From NCBI GenBank assembly GCA_051294375.1, contig CM119265.1, positions 8,688,772-8,752,771 on the forward strand: DNA of 64,000 bases, read 5' to 3'. The number at the start of each line of letters is the position of its first letter. Position 1 is the stretch's first letter. Of the stretch, positions 25,201 through 38,357 are shown one piece after another. Both the position numbers and the translations under genes were made by a program. Origin of the DNA: Paraspadella gotoi. Its lineage: Eukaryota; Animalia; Chaetognatha. The notes under the pieces were generated by a model, which was not told where the DNA came from, ran no database searches, and was given only the letters and a program-made list of their open reading frames with translations.

Positions 25201-28200
25201 GGTAACAAATCATCAGTTTTAGAATTAATTCTTGCTTTTGGTTGTAATTTTAGGAGACCAAGAATTGCAAGTCGTTCGAAGTATTCATTGTACTGTTTTA
25301 GTTTTGGCAAATAAGGGTCCGGTAGGTCAAATCCAATTACTGGGACATCGTCATCCTATGGAAGTGAATTAGTGATTTAGTCAGGTATTGTTTGACATTT
25401 CCGTTATTAAATTTGTAAACTTTTGGGTGTCAATGTTAGCAAACACTTAACAGACTAATGAGTGTTTCATGAATCCCTTTATAAATTTTTAAAAGAAATG
25501 TAAAATAGGTTGATTCAACAACATTCAGCAGATTTTTTTTATTTTGAAAGCTAATTCGTTAATAATTTTTATAATTTTCACCTGTTTTTGATATATATCT
25601 CCTTTAGTGTGAAATTTTCGATATTGTTCCATGTATTTTTTCGTGTCTAAATGATGTCGAAAGACAAAAGGTATGAGTTCATTCGATGTTATTATTGTTT
25701 TGTGATCACTTATCGAACTATTTGCCGGAACATCACATGAAGCACTAGTTTGCCGTGAAAGCCATTTGCCGTTATTTCTTTTAACGCCGTTGTGACCCCA
25801 AATTTTCCTTTTATTGCAAGAATTTTCCGATGCTTTGTGTTTGCGGTGACATTTTGTTTTACTGTTTATTTGAAAAGATGACCAACCGGAAATATTATCT
25901 GAAGTAGCTCTCAGTAAAAGACTACAAGTGCAAGGTATTTCTGGGGAATCCTTTTCGATAAGTTTTACAATTAGTCCATAACCTTTCTCCCAGTGGCAAT
26001 CGTTTGCAGATAAGATCCGTTGCTCTGCTCCCGTATTTTCTTCATCACTCCTTTCCTTTATTTCTTCATCAGCGTCGTCGAAATCCGAGCTATCATTATC
26101 ACTGCTATATTCTAACTCGTAAAACTTGTTTGCTCGTTCAGCTTCCGGAAATCGTTCGTGATAGGCCGCAACAGTTTCCTTTGAAATCTCTGTGCATTTT
26201 TCCTTATGTTTTTCACTGTTATCTTTTTGGTTTCCAATTCCAGATTGAGTATTCTTGTAATGCGAAGACAAATTATTTTGGTTGGCCCCTATTTCTATGG
26301 GCGATTCTTTCAAGTAATGGGTCATTGTTCAGTTTTTTAAAATAATATTTAAAGAATTTTTTTTTTTAAGTTTTCTTTAAAGCGGAAGCCTTTAAAAAAT
26401 ATATATGAAGCAGAAGCTTGTGATATTTGGTAACTAAGATGTTTGCGTGTGTATCAGGATGAGCGGAAGAAAAAAAATTATCCTTCAGTGTCTTAGTGTC
26501 AAATCAAAAAGGTTTCATGACCGCTCCTTGTCCAGACCATCTTTCATGTTCTGGTCAAAAGGTCGGTATTCTAATCATAAAAGAAACTTAGTACCTCGAG
26601 ATTAGGGCTTCCGAAGTATTATATTATATTCATATTGATAGCAATCACCTATCTTGATATAAAGATTTTCTGTAATGTTCATTCTGCTTATTTAGTAACA
26701 ATTTTCCTGTCGTTCAACGTTTCTAATTTGTAATTTACTCTTGAGATAAGTTAACAATTAATATCTAATATTATTTGTGAGACTTACTGTTATAAGATTC
26801 TTCGTAACTTGTTGGTGTTTTTCAGCGACAATTCTTAGCTGTTGTTGGTACCACTCCCTCGCTTTGTCCAGTACAGTTAATCCTTAAGAAAAATTAAGTT
26901 CAGTTTATACAAAATTAAGAAAGACAACTAATTTGTTACTTACCTTGCAAAAGAAGATCTCTTTCTTGCTCCACTTGTTTCAGTCTCTTGATCTGTTAGA
27001 AAATGAAAATAAAAATTCATACAATTAGAAATCGTTTTACTTAATTTAGTTAAGGTTAACAAAGTATAGTAAACAAATATCTCTGGAAAAAAAGCAATAT
27101 TTATATTTTGTTCTAGTATAGGTACATAATTTTTAACTATACTTGAACAACCAATTAATATTGCTATTGTACAATATAGGTATAATATCGAGATAATTTT
27201 TTTAACCCTAACCAATTATATTTCTATTCTTTAATTCATTTCTCAGCCTGAAATCCAATTCAATTGGAATGAATTTTTTATTAATGAACTTTTTTTTCTT
27301 CTCTTCTTCCTCTTCAACAGCAGAAGATTTTAAGAATCCACCCCTTTCTAGCATGCAACGAAGGCTGGATCTTCTCTCTCTCTCTTTGCTTCCACCTCTG
27401 CTCTCGATTTTAGTTTAATGTTTGACATAAGTTTTGATGATTACGAAGGCGGAAATGATCATCTAAACAAAACTGACTTTTTTGTTATTCTCTCGTTTAA
27501 AATATTAGGTCCTAATAACATTAGTCACATTATTATTTCCATGTTTTGGCGTATTATTAAAACTGATAATGACAAAACCGAAGAAAAATAAACTTTAAAA
27601 CCACACACCTCTCTCCTTTATTTTAAACTCTACGAGATATCTATATCTTCGAAAGTTCAATTTTCGAAATTCAAGTATTCGTTTATTCGTAACCCGTTTT
27701 CGCTCCGCACTGAAAGTTAGCCAATCATTCCGAGAAAAAAAATTTTCAACTCGAATCAGAAAATTTGAACGAGCCCAATTTTCTTCAAATAGTTGTTCGC
27801 CGGGTATTTCTTTATCACTCGGTCTCGGTTGGATTCACTTCACTCTCATCTGAAGATAAACGACAATGATTCGAGAGACTGGTTAATCGAATGATTTCGT
27901 AGCGCTGAATAAGAAAGTAAAAATAAAACAAAAACAATATACTTTGACATGGATTCGAACGAGGATTAGACTTTTTCAAAAGCCATGAGCGTTCCACGCA
28001 TCTCTTCCGACGCTGAAACGCTTAGCGGCGTCGAAATTTGAACGTTGGGGCCAAAAAAATTGTCGGCAAGGAAACTTCGCCGAATTAAGACGATCCTCTC
28101 GAAAATTAGCAAAAATATCTAGTTCGACTCCCCATCGATAGACGATGGTGAAGGATCGTATGCAAGAACTGCAGGCAAAGCTGCAACAAACTGGACCTGA

Positions 28201-31200
28201 TGCAAATGGAAGGTAAATTTTTCCTTGTGGCTTTTTTCGCAACAAACTGTCCTTAAGTTTACATCAAATTTCTGCATTTTAATTTTTAGCGCGCTGGAAT
28301 CGGACAGCGTGGGAATCGCTATCGACGGGGGCGCTGCCGTTTACGTCAGGACGAACACCGATCAAAATGGCGTCAAAAACTTTGGCTTTCAGAGTGACAG
28401 CAACGCAACAGCTGGTACCTAATAAAACTCATCACCAACGTATCTTACTTTTGACGTTATAACTGTACTAGTACTACCATTATTCTTTAATTTTTAGGAG
28501 ATGATTACTTGGAAGATTTTTTCAGTAACGTGGAAGAGATGAGACAAACTATAGAAACAATGAAGACCAAGGCGAGTGAAATGAAGAAACTCACGGCTAA
28601 TCTTCTCCTTCAAACGGACGATGGCAAGCTTGAGCGAGAACGAGAGTTGGACGCCTTAGTGGCCGACGTCAAGAAGGTTTTTTTAATCTTTAAAATAAGT
28701 TTTTTTCCAGTATTTAGTTAGTTAAAACTAATGTAATGTTTTTCATATTATTTTTGCCTTTTCTCCCTCCCTCCTAAACTCTTTACCACTTTAACTTTCC
28801 CTATTCTTCTCCCACTCTCTTTTTTTAGTTTTTCTTTCTCTCTCCCCCACGCTCACTCTCTATCCCACATCTGTCTTTCTCTCCCTTTTTGCTTTTCCTC
28901 TCTCTTCTTCTCAGGTTCTTAGCCCTCCTTTCCTATCTCTCTCTCTCATCTCTTTCCTCCATTTTTATATTCACATCTTCTACTTTCACAGATGGGCAAA
29001 AAAGTTAAGAATCAACTCGGGCTCATCGAGATAATGGTGGACAAAGGACTCCCGCTGGCGGGCGTATATGTCTCGGCCGAGCAAAGAATAAAGAAAATGC
29101 ATTATACCATGATAACCAAAGAGTTTTGTGAAGTTATGAACGAGGTTAACTCCATTCAAACCAATTATCAAGTAAGTGAACTTGTGATATATCAACTCTT
29201 CTCTCTTACTTCTTCCATTCTGGCGTTTTTTTGTTTAGTCTTTAGTTTCCGCTTTTTAGGTCGATCTGTACAACTTAGGTTAAAAATGCATATAATTTGC
29301 CTTTAGTTAGATTTGAGGATTTTTTTTGTCTTAACAAATGAGCAACTAAGGGACTGCTACGCCGCCTTCAGGAAATCCTAAAACTATAAAGAATAAAAGA
29401 CGGAATTCCGATGCAGTGCGTGCCATAAATACACATGAAATAAACAGCTTTTGTTTTTCAACTTTTTTCAAGATTCATTTTGTGCAGTCTTCATCCAAAC
29501 TTAACTTTTCAAATTAAGGACAAGCTGAAAGAAAATATGGTTCGGCAGCTGGCGGTGATGAACCCGGACGGGATGGACTACACCAATGAACAAATTAACG
29601 AAATGATTGAATCCGGAAAAACTTCCATTTGGACTCAAAATCTTTTGAAAGAAACAGAAGATGCGAGACAAAAACTTAATGCCGTGCAAGCTCGGTGGGT
29701 AGCTCGGATGAAATCGACGAGGAGCTACGATTTATGTTTTACCACGCCCCCTTCATAATTTCAGTCACGAGGAAATTGTAAAACTGGAGAAAAGTATCGT
29801 CGAGGTTCACGACATGTTCCTGGACTTGGCCGTGTTAGTGGAGAGTCAAGGCGCAATGATTGACAACATCGAGGACAACGTCCTCAAGACGAGTGACTAC
29901 GTGAAGACTGCAGTCGTCGAATTGGACAAAGCGAAGGAACACAAAGCGTAAGTCGCATGCTGCTATGATTATCTAGTTAAAACCAAAATGGTCTTTGTTT
30001 GAAGGTTCAAATTAATATAGCATAGTTTTTTTCTTCCACAGATCGTTTAACAAAAAACGATGGTGTTGCGTTGGTATCATCGTCTTGATTCTTGTGATCG
30101 TCGCGATTATTCTTGCAATAGAATTTTCTGGTACATGATCCCAACTTAGTATAAAAGCGTGAATTATTGGTACAAACAAAATGTTTTTCAACAGTTGATT
30201 TTTTTTTAGTATACGTTTGTGCGTATAATTCAACAGTTTAATTTATCATCAGTATAAGATTACATTACTGTTGTGCTATATTTATAATGTTAATTATTTC
30301 AATCGGTATGTTACTATGTTCTCCCGTTCATCTGTTACTGTTGTTCATTACTGAAAATTGAATTAATAAAATTTAAATTTCTTCGTGAAAGGTTTTGTGC
30401 TACATTTTCGTGAGAATTTTTACCTGTTTCAAACGTTTTATTTTAGCTTTGGATGAAGCTTGTGACAAGTGGTTATGCTGTTCGTATTCATGTAGCAGTT
30501 AAAAAAAAAGTATTACACAAATTCACAACTTTGGTTAATGTTAAAAAATTTTGCGGTAAATTAGTAATTGTATGGGAAATAAGAAAATAACGATTTGATA
30601 AGATTTGATAACTTTTTTCTCGTGAGTTAACTATCCTTACCATATTGTAGTCGACGCCGTTGTTGAGGGTATGCCTGCGCGTATCCTTTCTTCTTTCCCG
30701 TCTATCGCGACCCCAGGTCCCGGTCGAGGTGGCAGCCTCGTTCTGGCGACTATATGTCGTCGCCGCTTGCGAAGTCGCGTTTGGCAACATTTGATTCTCG
30801 GGGACGGAACCTAAAAGTAGAGGGGCGATAATTTTACCTTCTGCTGGCAACCATCGGAATGTTATGGAACGACGCTGATTAAGGGGGGCGGGGGATGGTA
30901 GAGAGCGCAAGAAGGCAAGAAATCTTGGCATCGGGAACAGGATAAATGGCGCGCCAACAGAAAAAATAAAAGCGGGAGTGACAAATGGCGGAAATATACA
31001 AAATGAAAATCGCTACCAGCGGTGGGAGGGAAAGGGGGGGGGGGGAAATCGGGTCCGTATTCAGTTTCCGAAACGAGAGCGATAGAATCAATCATCATAA
31101 CCTTATATACCATTTTTCTTCGCGTTCCACTCGTTAACGAGAGCATTCTGCTGCCAGCTTTTTAAGACGTCCATAACTTCGGACTTTCGGGATCCAATGG

Positions 31201-34200
31201 AACCCGAAGGCCCGTAAATTGTGGCTTCGGTCGAATCGGGCACGTTCGATTCCATGGATCTAATAAAGAAAATAGTGGAATTAAATATACCAAATCTATA
31301 TCATTGGTTCTATTGTCATTTTTGATCAGTGCAATATGAACATTATCGACGAGAAAACAGAATAACCTTTCCGTTTTTCATGTTCGAGCAAAGTAATTCG
31401 TTTGTTTTTCCTCACGGTATAGAGAAATGGATCCCTGGCGATTTGTCAACGGCAGCGTGGAATTATGAAAAATGCCACGAAGTTTTTTATTTTTCCTCTC
31501 CATTTTTCGCTTTTACCTTTCAGAACTTTTCTCAAGTTGTTACAATTGATTGACGAGGAAAAGTAACCATTGCGTTTGAATCGTTGACATAGTAATTTTA
31601 ACTAAGATGACTTGTAGAATTCTTGCCGTGAAATGGATTTTTTATTTTAATTTCAATTTTCATTTCGGTAATACTAATAGATCCGTTTTTTTCCAGACGA
31701 CAAGATATGAAATTGGTACAACCAATATATATAAGATACTTGGTATTTCATTGTTTATTTATTTCTTTATTCTGCCTGTGATGCTTTTCTCCCTCGTATT
31801 ACTGACGACTCACCTGGGATTTGCGTAAATGATTTCCTGTGGATATGAAGCTACTCTCGGCGTCACCCTCGCGAAAGCCGTTCCGCTTCCAGCCGTGGAG
31901 AGTCTTTTACCGTATTGACTCGGGTAGTTAGGCGCTTGAGAGCGGAACACGTCGTCCGATCCAGGAGAGGGTTGACCGTCGGATACCCCTGTTGCCAACG
32001 GAATTAGATTTATTTTCTTTGAACACCTATTTTCTTTACTCTGGGTCAGGCATTTCTTTAAATTCTTCATTACCCGCGGTTATTTTAAGCCCGCTCATGG
32101 CGTCGTTCAAATTGCCGTTGGTGCGATAGGATTGCCTGGCAACGTTCCTCGTGAGCGAGTTTCTTCCGTCTTCGATGGTGGAAAGGAGGAAGGAAGGGAG
32201 GGAGGAAAGAAAAGAAAGAAAAGAAAACGGATGGATAGATGAGTATTAGGAAAACGGAAAATCGCGTTCAGGGCGCAAAGTATTTTTTTTTAAATATTCA
32301 AGGTTGTAGCAATCGAAGCTGAACGCAATTAACATTCGACTTCTTGCCGATTTTACGAAAAGGTTGTGTAAACAAATTTTTTACCTGATAATATAAATTC
32401 ATGAGAAAATGTTCAAATTATTAAATTGACCTTTGACGATGTAATATTATTAGCAATACTAGTATCAAAACATTGTCTTTACCATGGCTAGGCACAGGGC
32501 ACACTGGCCACGGACTATAATCCAATTTTATTTTCTCTTTCTACCTATTAATTTTTTTCTAGAATTGGAAAAATTTAATGATTAATTAATGGTGCTTAAC
32601 AATTTTATTAATAAACTTTTTCCTATTATTTTCATAATTTTAGGTTTTTAAAAGGTCGCTTTTTAAAAATTCTATATGACTTAATACTTTGCGTGGCGTA
32701 AAAACAAAGCAAGACTTCACCGATCTCAACACGACAATAAAAACGCTCCGTGCCCTTCGTTACGAGCGGCGTAAATTCCGAGGGAAAAAAAAATAAAACC
32801 CCGACGCTACGGCTTAACTCGTGATGCCGAGGAATAATCACAGCGACTTCCTATCCGGTTCTCACCGCTGTTTTCTTGATTCAGCGTCTGCTTAAGATTC
32901 GGCGCGCTCTTTGAGGTCGTGAACCGCGGGCGACCGTCGTCCCCCGTCACCTGACCCGCCGACGGCATCGGGTGCACCAGCGCCGCCGCGCGGGGAGAAA
33001 ACTGAAATAAACATATAGAGGGGCGTTCGAGGGGGAAACGATGGCTGGAGTAAACAAAATGGCGGTGCTGTTAGTTTTACGTCCGCGTGAAAAGACGGGG
33101 GGAAAAGATTTCTTTGCCAATCTTTCTAACAAAGAAGGGCGAACGGGAGTAGGGGGTAGGTGTTTAGTGGAGCTGGGTTACGGGGACATGGAACTGGGTC
33201 TATTCTCCAATTTAGCTCGGCGCCCGGTTGGTGAGAAAGCCAGTTTCGATCCACGAGGGAAAGGCGGATGAGACGTGAGGCCTTCCCGCCGAAACGCGCG
33301 ACTTTTTTTTTTCACGTGGACGGGAATTTCTCTCGGAATCGTCGTCGCTTTGTCAGCGCCGAAAAAAAAACTTGGCTTTCTCACCTGCGGAAGGAAATTG
33401 GCGCGAGAAGAATTGGTCGGCGCCGGAAAGTGTTGAGCCGATCCTAGAAAAAAAAATGAGGAGGGAAAACAATCTTTGTTTGAAAAGAAGGGGATGGAGG
33501 GAACCGGATATCGATATTTCTTTTCCCCACTTTCCTCCCTTTATTTTCTCGCCTATTTCTCTTCTCTCATCCTCATTTTTCGCTCTCCCCTTTTTTTTCT
33601 CACCGCCCTCATTGCTCAGTTCTCGAAAAATTCTCTCCCTCGTTTCCACCGCATAAATTATTTTTTCATTCTCCAACTTCGCGGCATCCACATTCCACAT
33701 CCCTTCCCAGTCCCCAGAGCCCATCGTTGGACCCACACGAATTTAAGCCCACACCGCCGCGCCGTTTCCTCGCCTGTTCGCGATTTCCATTGTCATTAAT
33801 TTCAATTAATTATTGTTTTTTCATTTCGACGACGCTGACGAAACAAAAAGAGGGAAGCACTGAGCGAGTTTCAACAAACGCCTGCGCTGCCGCCTGTCAA
33901 AAAACTTGCCTCGCTCCGTGAAAATCCCCACCAAGGATAAGTTTGATTGGGTGAGGGGAGGCTCCGGGAAGGGAAGGAAAATCCTCCGAAGGATAATGGC
34001 CTTTTCTTTTCCTCGTGATTTTTTTTCCTTCAAAATTTCAATTTGAAATGCGAATGGAATCGTTCGTCAAGTCGACGAAAAATTTATTCTTTTCTTTCCA
34101 TCGCTATCGTTCCTTTATTTTTTTTCTTTATTTCTTTCTTTCTCATTCTGCCTGATTATTCCTTCCTTTCATTTCTCCATCGTTCTTTCCTTTCGCTTTC

Positions 34201-36274
34201 AAACTTCCCAGCCATTCAACGATCTTTTGTTTTCGCCCTTCCAATTCTCCGAGCTCATAATCATTTTTCTTCACTCTCACTCACTCTCGCTTTTCCTCCC
34301 CCATTCGCACGCGCACCTGAAACGCTGTGCCGTTTCCTGGGTAGATTGTCTGGCGGCGCCAAATGCCCCTCGCGAGGCTGCACGAATTGCGCGCGCGTCA
34401 TTTCCGGCTTTAGGTGGGCGTGGCGTCCCGGCGGCTGATCGAAGGGGAACGCGAGAGGGGCCGCCGTCTGAGGGGTTTGCGCCGCGTGCTGAGGGGCGTG
34501 ACGGTGCGGCGAGGGTTGACGCAGATTGCCGAGTGAAATGCCGGAAGGTTTTTGCGGTTGGCTGCGACAGAGAGAGAAAAATTACGTAATTATTGAAATA
34601 AAAACAACTTTTTTTTTTCAAGAAATTGATTCCCACAACAAAACTAATGATTCCCCAATGGAAGAAAAACAAAATACAGTAATTTGAAACAAAACGCAAA
34701 TAAAGAAACGCCTTTATAAAAATATCCTAACACTATTAACTGTTAGAAAAATAATGAATAAAATTGTAACACAAAACGGAGGAAAATCGTGTGGCGAAGA
34801 AACGAAGTTTCGCCCTCACGAGGCTCACACTTCATTAACTTTATTCCCTCCAAGAATTGTGCGTTATCTCGACCTTTCCCTCATCGACTTTCCCTCATCG
34901 CATACGAAAAGAAAAAAAAAACACCGCCAAATCTCAAAGTGGACATCCGCATTAACGTCTTCTTATTAAATGATAATAAATATGGGAGATTAACGTCGTC
35001 TGGCGCTTGAGGCATCGAGGGAGAAAACGATGGCGCCGGCGCGAAATCGTTCGCGTCTACGCTCGATTTTCTTTTTACCCCCTTTCCTAACTTAAGATCG
35101 TTCGTTTCTTTTCGTTCTTTCGTCATCAGATTATCCTTGATTACCCTTTCATGATAAAATATTTTACTCTATATTCATTTGCTTCTTTACTTTGCTTTAC
35201 TTAATTTTACATTACTTTTATTAGTTTTTATTCTTCTTATGAAACTTTTTTCATATTCTTTCCCTGTTTTTTCTTTATGTTTTTCTTTTCCTGTGCCCAT
35301 TACCTATTTTATCTTCCCCCCCCCCCGCTTCACTCCCCTCTATTTTTCGCTCGCTTCTAAAAGTTTCCTCCTGACCCACTCACTCCCTTCTTTTGCCAAC
35401 GTCCTCAAATCGACCTTTTTCATTCGCGTCCTATCTTTCGCTTTCACTCCAACTTTTTCGCTCCTTTTTTCTCGCCATCTGTTCCATCTTTGCCAGTCTC
35501 CATCAGCTCCTATTTTTTGACTTCATACATCTGGATTATATTTGTCACAGTTTTCCCTACTCAGTCTTTTCTCATTTTCTCTTTCTCTATCGGCTCCCTC
35601 TCTCTCTCTCTTCTCTATCATTTTCATTGACCAACCGATCTGAACTCACCCTCGCAATCCCGACCTTCATTTTCCTCCTCTTTTTCACTCCGCATCGATT
35701 TGTTCACACTTTCACTTTATCCACCCATTCACTTTTTTCACTCCTTCCTTCTTCCTCGAACCCCAAACGAGCCTCACATAATCACATTCTCGCATAATCG
35801 TCGTTAAACATCTCACGATATCTCCCTGAGTATCAGGTGTCTGTTTGTTGTCCCTATCTGGCATATCATCAGGCCCTTGCTTTTACGTAACTCAAGATAT
35901 GAGAAACTAAATGATCATGGAGTAAAGATAGAATTTTTAAAAATTATTTAAAAATCTAATGCTTATAATTAGATTTACAAATCATCATTTTCAGGATTAC
36001 TGACCCGTTCATCGAATAAAAAGCGCCGTTCGCCCCATTGACGCCTCCGTTCGCCGTAATGACGCCGTCGTTCGCCGTATTGACGCCAGAATTCGCCGCA
36101 TTGACGACGCCGTTCGTCACGTTTCCGTTGCCTTCGATCCGCGACGCCGGATGCGTTGGCGGCGCCGACGGCTTAGACGACGGCGCCGAACGAGCGCGCT
36201 GATGAGGATGGGCGTGGCTTCGAAGATCTGCGGGCCGAGAGAGAGAGTGTGAGAGAAAGCAGAGAGAGAGAGAG

Positions 36275-36311
<37 letters not shown>

Positions 36312-38357
36312 AAGAGACAGAGAAAGAACGCGGATGATTGAGTGTATGATCGTGCCAGCGAAGTGGAACAATGTAGAAAATAAAAAAATCGCCCGATGTC
36401 ATTTGCATAACGATGGATTTATTCTGTCCATTGTGAAGCATCGATAAAAATGAGTTGACATTGAATGAATTTGGTTTTTGTTCTTACTTCGGTCGTCGAA
36501 CTGAACGAAGCCCACCTTTCCGTCGGTGGAATCGACCTGAAAAAAATGTATAATATTAATATTATTATTTTATAAAACCCTTGTTCTCAAGTTTAATTTT
36601 GTATTTCTTTCCTTCTTTATCTCATCCAAAGAAATTGCAAGAAAAAAAAAAATTTTTGGCAAAAAAATTACAAAAAAAAAAGACCTTGAGGATTGAGTAT
36701 TCTTGTTTTTTTTTTATTTTTTAAAGAGAAATTTTAAAAACAAAAACGAGGCTTCGTTAAAATCGAGGTCGTCATTTTAAATCCGGACCGCGTGACGCCG
36801 TGACGCCATGACGGTTTCCCTCTGGCGGGGTCGTTTCGCTCCCGCGTCTTTGGTGTTTATGCCCTTTTTACGCTGGATTTTGAATATTCATACGACGAGG
36901 GGCGTCGGGAGCGCTGAGTCACGTGACGCTGAAAACCCAGATCTTTACTAGATTAAAAATTCAAATAAAAAATTTTGACCGGGCGTCCGGACACATTCAT
37001 GAAAGACCTTTAATAATTGCGTACTATTAAAACCTTGTTATTTAAGTAATGATATAGGTACGCTTATAGCCTTATTGCTTAATAAGGCGTAGTGAAAGTT
37101 GCAGATCAAAATTCGAATTGTTAATCATGAACAGTCTTGGACTAAAGAACATTGATATATAAAAAAAATTTGTTTTAAATTTCTCAATTTTCGCATACTT
37201 ACCATAGAAAATGTAAAAATTTTAAAATGATGTTTTTTAGTTTTGAAAGCAGATTCGAATTCCTCATAAAAAGTTTATAAAAGAAAATATAAGTCTTAAT
37301 CAAAAATTCTTTCATTAAGTTAGCAAAAAATTTAAAAAAAACTATATTTTTATACTAAAATTTAATTATAGGTTAATAATAATAGTTTTTTAGGATTTTG
37401 ATCTACTTAAATTAAGTCTTAATGAAATAATTTAATAAAAAGAGTTATATTTCCTTTTATCATTCTCAAAAAACAAGCAATAAAAAATAAGTGAATTCTC
37501 TTCAAAGTCAAGACGATATTTTAATATCCCATATCGTCTGCTATTCGTGAGCGAATGGCGCGAGACGAGTATCATAACCAAAACAAGGATACAAAACAAC
37601 AACAACAACAAGAACAACGGCTCATTCTCCGCCGTCTTCGTCTTTTGCTTTGTTTACATGAAAATCATTTCTCCTGTTACCTTGGTGCGGAGAATTCAGT
37701 GTTGACGCTCTTAGGTTTATGCGTCAAATCTATCTTGACTCCTTTTTTTCCCTTTTTTTCATTCTTGACTCAATAATAGTCAATTTGAACTCGAAGTATT
37801 GAGTTCTTATGGTAAAGACCTTTTGACTCTGATCATAACATCTCTCTCTCTCTCTCTCTCNNNNNNNNNNNNNNNNNNNNNNNNNNNNNNNNNNNNNNNN
37901 NNNNNNNNNNNNNNNNNNNNNNNNNNNNNNNNNNNNNNNNNNNNNNNNNNNNNNNNNNNNNNNNNNNNNNNNNNNNNNNNNNNNNNNNNNNNNNNNNNNN
38001 NNNNNNNNNNNNNNNNNNNNNNNNNNNNNNNNNNNNNNNNNNNNNNNNNNNNNTCTCTCTCTCTCTCTCTAACTCTCGTTCACAGTCAACTAGCTCTCCA
38101 CTAACCTTTCACCCTGGGTGGCAGCTCCCGTTCCTTCGAACTTCACATCGCCTCCCTTTAGTCTTTTAGCCCCTTCTTAAACTTTCTCAAAATCATGTAG
38201 ATCATTATTATTATTATTNNNNNNNNNNAGCCTTCGCCTTACCCAAACCCAACCCATCCTCACTTTACTCCCGGCGCGAAGCTGCGACTCCACGGATTGA
38301 AGCGTCGTTCTCGAATTCCTCGAGACGACGGATGTTCGGGCAGAGGGCGTCTCCGAT
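22235..38357 (-). CDS. SAPCD2: Suppressor APC domain-containing protein 2-like; 5' end not found (beyond gaps)
   Basis: 13 phase-consistent exons: 38357-38264, 36536-36488, 36227-36005, 34561-34317, 32169-32074, 31988-31814, 31259-31111, 30810-30641, 26992-26944, 26882-26788, 23050-22949, 22595-22537, 22460-22235. Family motifs: [86 protein letters not shown]...DTTF*. The upstream low-complexity exons are less certain than the last six. Confidence 0.85.
23461..26325 (-). CDS. Uncharacterised protein of about 800 aa with an internally duplicated module, nested in a SAPCD2-like intron (same strand)
   Basis: Long ORFs in very AT-rich DNA, joined by in-phase introns: exons 26325-25582, 25355-24339 (or read-through to the stop at 24327), 24214-23946, 23889-23703, 23637-23461. 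An in-frame TGA lies two codons upstream of the ATG. The two internal repeats align at the protein level. Confidence 0.7.
28145..30138 (+). CDS. Syntaxin (plasma-membrane Qa-SNARE, syntaxin-1/2/3/4 group), nested antisense in a SAPCD2-like intron
   Basis: Exons 28145-28212, 28290-about 28416, 28498-28676, 28992-29171, 29519-29694, 29765-29947, 30042-30138. N-peptide MVKDRMQEL; Habc region [12 protein letters not shown] and F.EVMNE; SNARE motif [38 protein letters not shown]; C-terminal TM helix [23 protein letters not shown]. Confidence 0.92.
36024..36120 (-). repeat. Coding 21-bp minisatellite inside a SAPCD2-like exon
   Basis: About 4.5 units of GACGCC-NNN-GTTCGCCG-NNAT-type sequence, encoding [30 protein letters not shown]. 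Confidence 0.7.
36237..36322. repeat. (GA)n microsatellite, forming the polypyrimidine tract of the 36227 exon on the minus strand
   Basis: Interrupted GA run directly upstream (minus strand) of the CAG acceptor at 36228-36230. Confidence 0.85.
37841..38070. repeat. (CT)n microsatellite spanning an N gap (37861-38053)
   Basis: CT runs on both sides of the gap. Confidence 0.9.

Noticed and set aside
30838-30843. Possible 6-nt microexon CAGAAG flanked by AG and GT in the SAPCD2-like gene
   Set aside because: The downstream intron would be only 27 nt, far below the roughly 55-nt minimum seen here.
32800-34050. Cluster of overlapping 60-130 aa ORFs in a GC-richer intron segment
   Set aside because: There are no recognisable motifs, and the SAPCD2 exon chain is phase-complete without them.
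668-36230. Other CTGANGA hits (about 668/17888, 9833, 10478, 17198, 33836, 35123, 36199) as hammerheads
   Set aside because: None has a stem II followed by a correctly placed GAAA and NUH.
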